This document shows positions 1-11,600 of a DNA stretch of 44,256 nt, one piece after another. Source of the stretch: Intoshia linei (lineage: Eukaryota > Animalia > Orthonectida); NCBI GenBank assembly GCA_001642005.1, contig LWCA01000175.1, forward strand, positions 1 to 44,256, given 5' to 3'. How positions within the stretch are numbered: the first letter of the stretch is position 1; each line of letters begins with the position of its first letter. The notes under the pieces were generated by a model, which was not told where the DNA came from, did not search any database, and saw only the letters and a list, made by a program, of their open reading frames with translations. The position numbers and the translations under genes are program-made.

Positions 1-470
1 ATAGTAGAACTTTTTGCCTCGTTAGACCTTATACAAGTTAAACAACAAAAACTTGAAGGAATTTTTTACCAACATGGGCAAATCGCTACCATTTGAAAAC
101 AATTGTCGTGGTAAAACCGATTAGGTATATTTGAAAGAAATTGAAAGGATAAAATCGTGTAGTAAAGATGAATTAATATTTATGATGTTGGATGAAACCG
201 ATTTAAACAATGTTAAATATATAAATATAATTGTAGGTAATTTGAAAAACCTCTAAACTTTAATGCTGTTTGACTGTAAAATGATTAATACAAACATGAA
301 TGGTCAAATTGTATCTATGTATGGATTATATAATGAATTAATCGAATTAAAATTAAACAGGTATACATCTATATTAGGTGTTATTGACATGGTAAAACAT
401 TGCCTTAGTCATATCACATTATGTTGTCAGATGTTGCGTTTTTTACGCATTTTAATAGCAAAAAGAGAAG
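1..470 (+). pseudogene. Degenerate hAT-superfamily (CGGBP1/DUF659-like) transposase fragment, truncated at the window edge
   Basis: Frameshifted and stopped translation gives ASLD-PYTS..NKNLKEFFTNMGKSLPFENNCR, then IFMMLDETDLNNVKYINIIVGNL (first catalytic D, DET-D motif), and KHCLSHITLCCQMLR (hAT C-x2-H motif). Confidence 0.6.
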
Positions 471-1786
471 AATTCTCATCTTTCTTATTTTAAAAAACAC
501 ATGTTTCTCATTTGTTTTTCATTTGCAATTATGAGAAATGGACTAGTAATAAAACAATAGTCAGTTGTTTTATATTTTAATAATTAAATGTGATATTGTA
601 ATTTATTTTACTTTTCCCCGGAAAAAAATGACTTGTATTATTTATTATTATTGGAATAATTTGTGTTTGTTATAATTCTGGAACTCTTGGTTATTGAAAT
701 AAAGGATAACGGACAAACTAGGAGTATTATAGATACAATATAGCCTATATTTAATATAATATTATATAGGATAACTATTAAAATTAAAGTTGGTACATTA
801 GTTTTGTTAAGATAAAATAACACCATTTGAGAAAAGTTGGTGTATGGAGGTCCACAGTGGAAAAAAGATTGAGAAACGTTGTTGTAGTGTACCATAATCT
901 GATACTGAATAGTTTAGTAAATGTATTATAATATTTCTTCGGTGATTTGATAGCAGTACAATATTTACTCATTTGATATCGAGAAAGATGAATTGTAATT
1001 AGCACATGAATAAAACATAAGGTTAACTTGCCAGATTAATTGTAAATAATTTTAAAATTTCTATAAAAGGTGACATGGGTTTTCTACTATTAGAGTCGAC
1101 CTCAGAATGATTAGATTACCATCATAGTGCTATAAATAAAAATAAGTAGTTATTTATCACCAAACCATAAACGATGAAGAAGAAACAAATAAGACAGGAA
1201 TTACGCAGCTTTAGTAAATATATATGATACTTTCAAATTTTAGAAAGATTCATTATTGTAAAAAGATGAAAATGTCAATTTTCTTGAGCAAGGATTAAAA
1301 AAATCTAATAATATGTGGAAAATTTGTGAAATGTACATTTGGAAACATGATTCAAATATTATTTTTTCGAAAGTCGTTAGAACAAATATTTATATAATTA
1401 AATGTTTAACTTCGTGTCGTTTATGCCATTGATTAAAAACAACCATTTTTTGCCCTCTTACAACTCTATTCTACGTTCATGTCAGAGTAGTGACTGTTTA
1501 AGCGTGCTGTTAATTCTACGCTTTTATTAATATAAAATAATAAATAAAGTGATTAAATTTTTAATTCCCATCAAACATTTTGAAACACTATTTTATTTAA
1601 ATGAAAGAGTTTATCAAGTAGATGAGATATAGAATTTTATTTGTAGTACAAGTACACTTTCCGGCTTAACTTTTATAAATATTAAAAAATGTAAATTGAA
1701 AAATTTATTTATACAATCTTTGAATTGGCGGTCATATCGATCACCATCAATTTGTAAATTTTCATAACCAAGGTCCCATTTCCTTT

Positions 1787-2305
1787 TCAATCAACTTTCC
1801 TTCCCATTGCGTCATCAGCAGTTTCAACGGGATTATATTTATCAGAATGAATATCCATTAAAGTAGCCACTATATTTTATATACAAAATTGAATAGAAAA
1901 ACTTACAGCTAAATTTGGGTTTCTTCAAAACCTTCATTTTGCGAATATAAATTTCCTCCATTGGGTATATCTGAGCCGCAGCATTTCGAATAGTTCTTTT
2001 GGTTTTTCCGGGCTAACTAAACAATTGCGTATTAAAACAGTAAAAAAATGAATACATCAAGTTGATTAATCCCCTCAGACTAGCCTTAGCAAAATCTTTA
2101 CATAAATGTTCTCTCATTACCACTCTCAGTTTTTTTACCTATAGAACAATTATTATAAAAAATTAACTAGTAAATTATTTGACTAGATTTAGCATATGCC
2201 TTTTTGTTGGTATCATTTATATGCCTTTTGGTTACACCAATACAGAAAACACGTCACAAATATCAGCTGTTTTTTTACATTAATAAAAACTTCAACTAAT
2301 GTCTG
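1787..2305 (-). pseudogene. RPS3A: Partial, intron-containing 40S ribosomal protein S3a (eS1) pseudogene, C-terminal half
   Basis: Translation: [41 protein letters not shown] / VKKLRVVMREHLCKDFAKASLRGLINLI / *PGKTKRTIRNAAAQIYPMEEIYIRKMKVLKKPKFS / LATLMDIHSD...GRKVD*. This matches the eS1 motifs [24 protein letters not shown] and [20 protein letters not shown]. Introns at 1870-1906, 2017-2055 and 2139-2178 (last donor mutated GT->AT). Frameshifts and stops present. Confidence 0.88.
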
Positions 2306-2857
2306 AATGAACACAAATTACCGAGAATTAAAATTTAAAAAAATAATAATTTCAAATAAAATTCTGAATTGTGAACTAGACATGGACAATTATTTTAAAT
2401 ACATTTTCTTGATAACTTAACTTACAAAATGTTGCTTAAATTAAATTATTCATGAAATATTTTCAAAGTTGTCATTACATTTTATATATTTTAAGTATAT
2501 TATAATTTAATTATGTTAACCAACAAGAAAAGCTATGGAATAATTGCAAAATTAAGGAAAATACTCAATAATTACGATTTAACAATTAGGATGTTCTGTC
2601 AACAGGCACATTCTTTCATTCCCAAGGCAAGACAATATTCTATCTAGAAAAATTAATTTTTTGTATATTTTTAATCGTTTTGGTCTTATGTTTGAACGGC
2701 GTTGAAAGAAATTTATTTTTAATTTAATTAAAAATATATACAATGTAATAAAAACTTTGAAAACAAGTCACTAACAATTAAATTTAAGGAACTTTTTGTA
2801 AATAAAGTTATTCAAAAAATACATTTAAAATAATTGTCCGTATATGAATGCACACTA

Positions 2858-3190
2858 CTTTCTTTTTTCGACTATAAGAAGCCTTCTTATATTCGAGAGT
2901 AGAAGGAAAAATGCTTATAATCAAAAACAATCAGACTTTTAAGCAGATTTTGAAAAATATAAAAAATACACTAAAATTTTTTTTCTAATTAGTATAAACT
3001 TATAAATTAGACATTCTATTGTATGAAGGAAGTTATTTTTTAGAAATAAATTGATATGTTGTCTAATTTTTGTTTAAAGTTCGTTCTTTCGAATACAAGC
3101 AGAAACTGCTTATATTCAAATTTTATTTAGTTAAAAAATTTCACTGAAAATTTGTATTTCAGGGGTCTGCTTATAATTGAGAAAAGACAG
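2858..3190. mobile_element. Tc1/mariner (pogo-like) MITE
   Basis: Imperfect ~28-bp TIRs (CTTTCTTTTTTCGACTATAAGAAGCC / GGTCTGCTTATAATTGAGAAAAGACAG) flanked by TA; internal TGCTTATA subrepeats. Confidence 0.6.
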
Positions 3191-3776
3191 TAGTCTGTAT
3201 CTAGTTGCACAATAGTGTTTATTGAGTTGCATAATAACTCGTATGTCAGTGCACAACTTTGTATAAATTGCAAACATATTAATGAACTTTATTTCAGAGT
3301 TTATTTATATTATAACAAAATTTTGAGATTTTGATTATGAAATAATAACAATTCCATATTAAATTTGAGCTTACTACAGTATTTTTCAGATAATTTTTAT
3401 TATTAAAATTAAGTTGTACATTTTTAATGAAACAAAAAAGTGTCTTAAAATTTCATTCTATTTGGCTTATTAAAATAATTAATTATAATTATTTAAACAT
3501 ATTTAATTAATATTAATTTTTAGAAAAACTCTAAATGAATTAATTTTACTAAATATATGTAAGCAGAATCTGTTTTGTAATAAATAGTTACTACATTTTT
3601 ATCATGTTATTAAATGAGCTAATATTGTTCATATATACTATCTTTTGGATTGAATTTATGGATTGCTTAGTTTGCAGGGATTGGAATTAATTAATAGAAA
3701 TTATTGAAAATAATATCATTGATTACTTCAAAAAAAGTTGTCATACATTTGGTCATTTATATACTTTTGTGTATAT

Positions 3777-4007
3777 CAGGGATCGGCAACCTTTGGCATT
3801 TGTGGGCCATTTTTTTATATGAAAAAATTTCACGGGCCCCTTTTTTGAAAATTTACACGTGATACATTTCAATTTTAATTAATGTTTTGAAAATGCTTAA
3901 AACAGTGTTTAAAAGTTAAAAAATTTTAATTTTAAAAATAAATAATTTACATATTTACTCATAGGCCCACCAAAATTATTATGTGGGTCACTGGTTGCCG
4001 AACCCTG
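3777..4007. mobile_element. hAT-type MITE
   Basis: TIRs CAGGGATCGGCAACC / GGTTGCCGAACCCTG; perfect 8-bp TSD GTGTATAT (3769-3776 and 4008-4015). Confidence 0.92.
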
Positions 4008-4919
4008 GTGTATATGAATATTTAATATAATAGTGGTGGTTAATAATAATATAAATGAATTTTTTATCATAATTGTCACATCTAAACTGCGATAAGATCA
4101 CATTTACTGATATAATTGATACGATGAAAATATTTCATATTAATTATTGATACTTAACAAATAAATCTAAATTTGTAAAAATATGTGCAAGTCATATCAA
4201 ATTAAAATTGTAGTTTTATCATTCGAACATTAATTTTAAATTATTTCAATATTTTCAATTGGTTTTATATATATTTAAGGATAATTGATTGCAATCAATT
4301 CTTTCATATCCTTATTTAGTTGTATTACCTACGCTCTTTGAGTTAAAACAGTTGAAATTTTACCATTATTTCTTAAACTTTTATGTAATGAAGAACCATA
4401 CACACAATAAAACTCGTCAATAATGAATGTCAATGAGCAAAGTTGTTATCAGCATTATTGGTAAACTTTTTATTACCAGAACGGGCTGGTATGAGTACCA
4501 ACATTTCTGTTTTTATTACCATCAAAATTAAAAAATTAGTTTATTTTTGTAAAATATATTATTGCAGAATTTCCAGATGTGAGATTTTATCCCAAAGCCT
4601 AGACAACCGCTTAAGTATTATTTTAAAAATCCCACTTTTATTCTACCATTAATAAATTTAAATAATATTTAATAAAAAATACCATTTCAAGCCCTTTATT
4701 TAAAAATACCCTTCAAAATCCACTTAATTCAACCACACACTCAAATTAAATTTAGCCTTAAACCTTAAGTTAAGGTAAAATTTCTTTTTCTACATTTTTT
4801 GAAAACTTCGATTTTACCAAACCTAACGAGAAAAAACTCTTAATCCATTGAAAAAATAAAAGTCTAGGAACCATCAAGGAAAAGTCCCCTTTTCCAGGGT
4901 ACTAAGTTCTAAATATTAA

Positions 4920-5028
4920 AAATTGGTGAAACTCACAAGCATCATTGTATTCTGTTTACATTTTACAAATTAGTCATTTATATATTTCAAAAAAATTTGC
5001 TGGTACCAGCAAAGCGACCAATCTTGTC
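4920..5028 (-). repeat. Dispersed TE terminal fragment, homologous to 34677-34860
   Basis: Reverse complement (CAAGATTGGTCGCTTTGCTGGTACCAG...CTAATTTGTAAAATGTAAACAGAATACAATG) aligns by eye to 34677-34860. Confidence 0.55.
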
Positions 5029-6174
5029 AATGAGGGATGGCCTATTTTCTGACAACAACCATACAGTACTTTTCATTCATAGACAAATTGAAAAGTCAAA
5101 ATTTTGAAAAAGAATTAAATATTGGATAATAAAATGCGTTTTTGACAGAAATATTTAACGTGCTGTGATTAAATTTCATGAATGTTACCATAACGTATGA
5201 TAAACGTATGATTCATAAACTTTTTATTTGAATTGGTGTATTTAAAAATTCGAACACTCTTAGCTTTTTAAATAAATGGTGACGTTAATATAAAATAAAG
5301 CGTTACATTTGTGAAAGGTTATTTTAAAATTTTTATTTTCTAATTTTGACTGTTAACCCTGTAACTTCAATACAAATAAAATAAATATTCATTGTAATAA
5401 ATATAAATAAATTAATTATGGATTTTAAATTCATATAACAAAAAGCACGCATAGTCAAATTTGAATAAACAGTCCACTTAACATAAAGCTACACATTATA
5501 TCAACTTATTTCATTGAATGGAAAAATCATTCCAAATGATATTATGGTTAAATTATTTATATACAATTTTATCCAATGTATGTTTAAAATGTTATTTTAG
5601 CGCACACTTTTAACATTTTTACTATGAAAAATGTACCTTGTAGTAATGCATTTAATATAAATAATAAAATTTTTAAAACTAATCGTGGGCCACAAAAATT
5701 TTCTAAATGGTCATAAATGGCCCGTGTGCCATGTCGAGAGTCGCTTTACTAGCTCATTCATGGTACACTGCTGAATTCAAATCAAAATAAAATGACTATT
5801 GACTTTTACACTAATTAAATAATTAGCATTTTTAAAGTGCATCAAATGACATTTTAATTATAAGGTAACTAAAAAATGAAAATTTATCACATTGGGTATA
5901 TGAATATCTAATGATTTTTTAATCAAATCAATTTTTAACTTAAGTATTAAATTTTTATTTTTCATAAATGACATCCGATTTTGTATTTATAACGCCAATT
6001 TATTGATTCAATTTTCAAATTCAAAAATCTTGCAGTATTTAAAGTCGATTAGGTAATATATCGAATCCATTAGATTGTAAAATAAAGATATTTATTATTA
6101 AATTTTTCAACATTTTGTAATATTTTTTAAGTTTTTTTAAATTTTATTTTGACACACATTTGTACATTGTAAAC

Positions 6175-6780
6175 CAGTGATTCCCAACGTGGGGCTTAGA
6201 AAATTTTAGTGGGGCTTTAAAAATTTTAGAAAACAAAATAATTGATTGGTCTTGGAATTGATTGAGTTGATGAATTGATTGGACAATATCAATGATTTTC
6301 TATTGTTACAAATTCATTGATTAGCTCAATTTTTATTAAAATTTACATATATTTTTAGAGGTATTTTTACATGCGTTTTTAATTACAATGATGATCAATA
6401 ATCATTGACCACATCACATTTATATCAGGAATTTATCACATTTAACTTTAAAGTTATAACTTATAACTACTATTGAAACACAGTGGTAAACTTTACCAGG
6501 TAAAGTTATAGCAATGATAACTAAATAAACTAAAATTTGGTAAATTCGCATATTTTTGATAGACTAAAAATGTTTACACCAAACTGAAAAATCACAAATT
6601 AATTCGGTTTATTGTATATTAAATTTTAATGTTACTCCAGTTTTTCTCGCAGTAATATATAAACATAAAAAAAATTTGTTTGGACACCACATGGAAATAT
6701 TTGTTATAAATTATGGTGGGGCGTAGAAATTTCGTAAGGATAAAAGTGGGGCATGACACTTAAAATGTTGGAAAACACTG
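6175..6780. mobile_element. hAT-type MITE
   Basis: TIRs CAGTGATTCCCAAC / GTTGGAAAACACTG; subterminal GTGGGGC repeats; perfect 8-bp TSD TTGTAAAC (6167-6174 and 6781-6788). Confidence 0.92.
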
Positions 6781-7959
6781 TTGTAAACAGAATAGTTCAA
6801 CCTGTCATATTAATGTCATAAAACTATTCTTACATATTAATTTACTATATTCTTTTAATATTAAAATTTAAATTTCACCTTATTTTTTGATTTGCATTTT
6901 GATCAGCAGTATACATTATATTAAACGCAAATCATTTGAAATTAAATTAATGTTAAGAATATGACTTTAAGTTAAAGTTTAACAGCAAGTGGTACATGTG
7001 TCAAACATCTCAACATTTATGAACTAGAGAATAACACAAAAGACAATTGTAATTTACTAGTCTAAAAGTGGGTTGATATGTTTAAAGTTTCATATGTTAA
7101 TTAGGAGTAGAATTGTATGTCATATACCACCTCCGGCTACTGAACTATTTGAGGTTTTTGAACTCGTTTTTCAACCTTTTAGAATATTTAATAATACAAT
7201 GAATACTCGTCTTAATCTTTGTATACTTATATAAATTATACAAGAATAATAAAAATTTGAAGTTTGTATTGTGTACTGGTGTGTATTTCCGAATCTACCG
7301 TACCGAGACCCCTCTTCAGGGGCCTCGACCAAATTTTTGTTAAATGAGGCCTCATTTTTCCATATTGATAAAAAAATTATATTCTTGAATATCATAACTA
7401 TTTTGTGTTAAATTGAAATTTTCAAGTCAGTGTCTTAGAGAAGTGACGAGGGGCTATTACACGACGAAAGTGTGTCAATTTTTTAAAGGGTCTAATTCAG
7501 GGGGCACAACCTTTCCACCAATTCAATCGTAAAGCTACTTTACTCATTGATACAAATTTACTTTGAAATTGAGATAGTTTAAATTCATTTTGAGAAAGCG
7601 ATCAAAGTCAAAAATGTAACTTCGATAAAAATATTTTAAATTCCCTTGAATAAAATCTGATATATACTTTTTCAATTTGACGTAAAATGGTATATTTCAT
7701 TGCACAATAAATCAACCACAAAATTTAAATTAAGTCATTTTGTAAAAAAAGCCATCATTTTAACATGCTTTAATTACAAACATAAATAATAATGTAAATT
7801 TGGTATAGTATGAAAAACTTGAATCTATCCAAAGAGATGGAAATTTTGAGATTTCGAAAGTTTAAATCCAATTTGTGCAATTGGGGCAGTCAAAAATTTA
7901 ACTTTTTAATTAAAATATTTTAAATTTCCCATAAATAAAATCTGATTTAAACTTTTATG

Positions 7960-8621
7960 AACCAATTATGTATCAATGATTAACGGAATCAGCACTTTAT
8001 AAACATATTTTAGGTGAATTTTATTAATATTGCAAATAATTGTAATAAATATAAAAATGATATTAACAAAGTTGTATTATTTTTAGTAATCGTTGTCGTA
8101 GTTTTAATTTAAATTTTTAACGAAATGTTTTGGAAATGAGAATTTGAAATTTAAAAATTGCGTAGCATTGAAAAAAATTAGGAAGGAATAAATTATATAG
8201 ATTTTCACTCATATTTCTTTATTGGAAATGTGTAGACGTTCAATGCACATTTTTTTTGAAATTTAGATTTACATTTTCATTTTTATTTTAATCGAAAAAT
8301 TTGAAAAATATTGGTTGATAATATATTAAAAATTATTTTGCACTGGAAATGCGTAGATTTCTGGGGTTGATATTTTGTATTTATATCTAATAATATATAT
8401 AAATTCTCTCTAACTCGTTTGATTTTCAAAAAAAGGGACAACCGGGGTTTTTGACCCGTAAGATGTGAGTTTGAGAGGTTGAAATTTATCTTATTATATG
8501 TCCCGGAAAAAACTGTAATTGAAATGTGGACTTTATAAAATTCTAAGACTGGTAGTTCTTGAAATAAACGGTAAACCACACACACAAACAAATATTGCAT
8601 ATCATATTATATAAGTAAGGA
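7960..8621 (-). mobile_element. Non-autonomous Helitron, partial copy (5' end at 8621)
   Basis: 5' A|TCCTTACTTATATAATATG...TGTTTGTGTGTG; body homologous to copies at 27203-28000 and 41450-42958. Confidence 0.75.
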
Positions 8622-8687
8622 TAACAATTAATTTCAACATTTAATAATTTACATTTAACTATTTACAATGTTTAAAATTTAACATTT

Positions 8688-11600
8688 TCATTTAGGATCT
8701 GCTTTCATGCATTTCTTTTTTTTCGCTCTTTTATTCTAAATTATAGGTTGAAAATATGATAAAAATTTGATTCAAAATACAATTTCTGCAATAGTTAATG
8801 TAAGTTGATACCAATTAGTCATTTATGGGTTAATAGCGATGGGTGATGCTGATAAAAAGGTCAAAAGTCCTTGATTTAACTAAAAATGTCCGAAATGAAA
8901 TAAAAATATAATTATCAATGAGTATAATTATTTTTATCATCTGATTAAAATAAATATTATAATACTTATTTTATACAATACAATGTATCATTTTAATAAA
9001 AATTATTATATAAACATTTCCTATTCTAAAGGACACTTTCCAAATTTAAATATGAAACATTAATTTGATACTGAATCACTATTTAATGATTCATAAAATA
9101 AGAGATTGTGGTTAAAATTGGACAGACGTGTTGAATGCATCACGCTGTGAATTTAAGATGACATTAAATGGAAAACAAAACATTATTAATAAAAGAAACA
9201 TTGCAGAATAAATTATTTGACAAGAATTTTACCAGGTTATACAAACTTAGTTTTTGGTATAAAATTACACAACAGAAAGTCCGTAGGAAGGTATTTCACA
9301 TAATTTCCGTTATTAGAATAATAGCTTAAATTTTTGTGCTTAAAGCTTGTCACTGATAAAATTGTGAATATTCCAAAATCAAATCAGCGCATTTTATAAA
9401 AAAGTACATTACTCTCATTAATTTGAATCTCATTTAAAAAATATTTTATTGTGTATTTCAATTTGACTCATTTGACCCTCAATTCAGATCTAGAATATTA
9501 GACACTTTGTTTTAACAATTTTTTCTAACTTAATTCATTCCAATTTTAGAAATATTTAGTTATCTAGTTGGAAAACTGGTAGTTGAACTTAAAACAAATA
9601 TAATATTCACAATATTTGAGAATATCAATACATTTATATTTAATTTTGAAAAATGAATATTATCATACAACGACGAATCAAATATAATGTAAAATAAAAA
9701 TAAAATACCTGAAACCATATTTTGACTTGAGTTTGGGTTAATCCAAGGGATGCGGCTAATTTCGCTCTATCGCTTAATGCCAAATACTCGCATTTAGCAA
9801 ACCTATAAAAACTTATAAATTTTCAAAAATACATGTAAAGATTAATTACGGTATAAAAATATATTAAATTTACCATTCTTCCATGGCATCAATTTGTGTT
9901 TGGACATAAACTGTCCTAGGATGTCTCTCCTTTTTTGGCTTTTTACGTTTTGGTGATCCTATATTACAATTAATTAATTTTTTTTTTAATTTTTAATAAA
10001 TGTATCTTATTATTATTTGAAGAATATACGAAATTTTGAAATTTTGTTTAAAACGTGAAATAAATGTTTTACATTCATTTTCTAATGAATACAATGTACA
10101 ATGTAATGCACTAAAAATAAATTATAAAACTAAAAATGTCTTGTTAATGACAAATATTTTAAAATGATAAAAACTGAAAACTATTGTTATTTGAAATAAT
10201 TTTAGTGTTGGACATTTTTATTGATTATAATAATTCTCATGGTCGTAAAATTAAAAATTACCTCGACTGTTTTGGTATCTACTATTGGATATTTTGAGAG
10301 GCACATAATCTACATTTTAATATTAATTGATAAGTAGTTTATTTTACTTATAATTTAAGACTTGTTTTAATTTTATCAATGTTTGTAAATAATGATAATA
10401 ATCATAGATTATTAAAAATTATAATCAGAATAAAACATGTATAAAATTTAATAATATAAAATTACGGTAATTATTTGTGCTCGGTATTTGTATAATGTCT
10501 TGTAGAGAAGGATTTAAATTTAATCCAAGTTCGTTATAAACTGAATTTCTAAATTAAAATTAAGTTATTATTTTTATTTCATCAGTTTTAACTACATTTT
10601 ATATAGCATAAATTAAAATCATTATATTTTGATAAATAGCAAACTTTATCATAAATTCTAAATCCAATAGACCCAAACAACTGCATAGTACAGTATCAGT
10701 AAATTTAATGATTATTTTCTCATTTTTAACACAAGACATTTAACTCTAAATCATGAAATAGAATTTTTGTGAACCTCTAACAACATTTCTTAAGAAAATT
10801 ACCAGTATATAAGCAATAAAATTACATGTAAAGACAATGAAATATTATTGTTTAAATGAGAAATACCTGATATAAAATTAAATTAGAAAATGGTAAACGT
10901 TAGAAATCATTGACATTCAAACGGAATAATTTATGTTTTATACTAGTAAATATTAATTATTAAATTATACATTGTAAGCGTTTAAAATAAGTTTTACATG
11001 TATAATTTTAAAAAGACTGTTTATCAGGATATTTTAATATAATTTTTATGAAAAATGTTTCCGTACGTTTTAATGTGTGAAATCAGCTAATTTAATATAT
11101 TATTTTTATATCATATCATATAATTCAAAAATTTAAAATTTAAAAATTTTGGAATCTTATTATTATTTATCTATTGTAATTATGACATTATTATTATTGT
11201 GTCCCATAGAGTTGCATTATAAAAACGTAAAATTCCATTTATTGACATTATTTTACACCATTTACAATATTGTTAATAAAATTAAGTAGTATAAATGTGA
11301 TTATTTTTTCGCATTTAAAATTTACAAAATATAATATGTATGCCGGTTAAAATGTTAAATTAAAATCAATATTTATTTAAGAAACTTTTTAATTCAAAAT
11401 TTTCAACCCTAGTAAAAATTAACTGGTGATTTTAGTAAAGTATTAAGATTAAAATTATTGAAATTGTCATTTCAAAATTTTGATGACGCTGTTAATCAGA
11501 TAAATTTAATTTTTACTTAAATTCAATGCTTTTTCGAGATTTTAATAAAAATTTCTTATTTTACGTGAAAATCAATTATAATTATAATTGTAAAAATAAA

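Noticed and set aside
630-1510. Short ORFs and coding-like sequence between the hAT relic and RPS3A
   Set aside because: Multiple stops in all frames and no recognisable motif or consistent splice model.
8283-8600. ORFs 8283-8600, 27873-28094 and 41248-41436
   Set aside because: Lie inside non-autonomous Helitron copies; frames are not conserved between copies.
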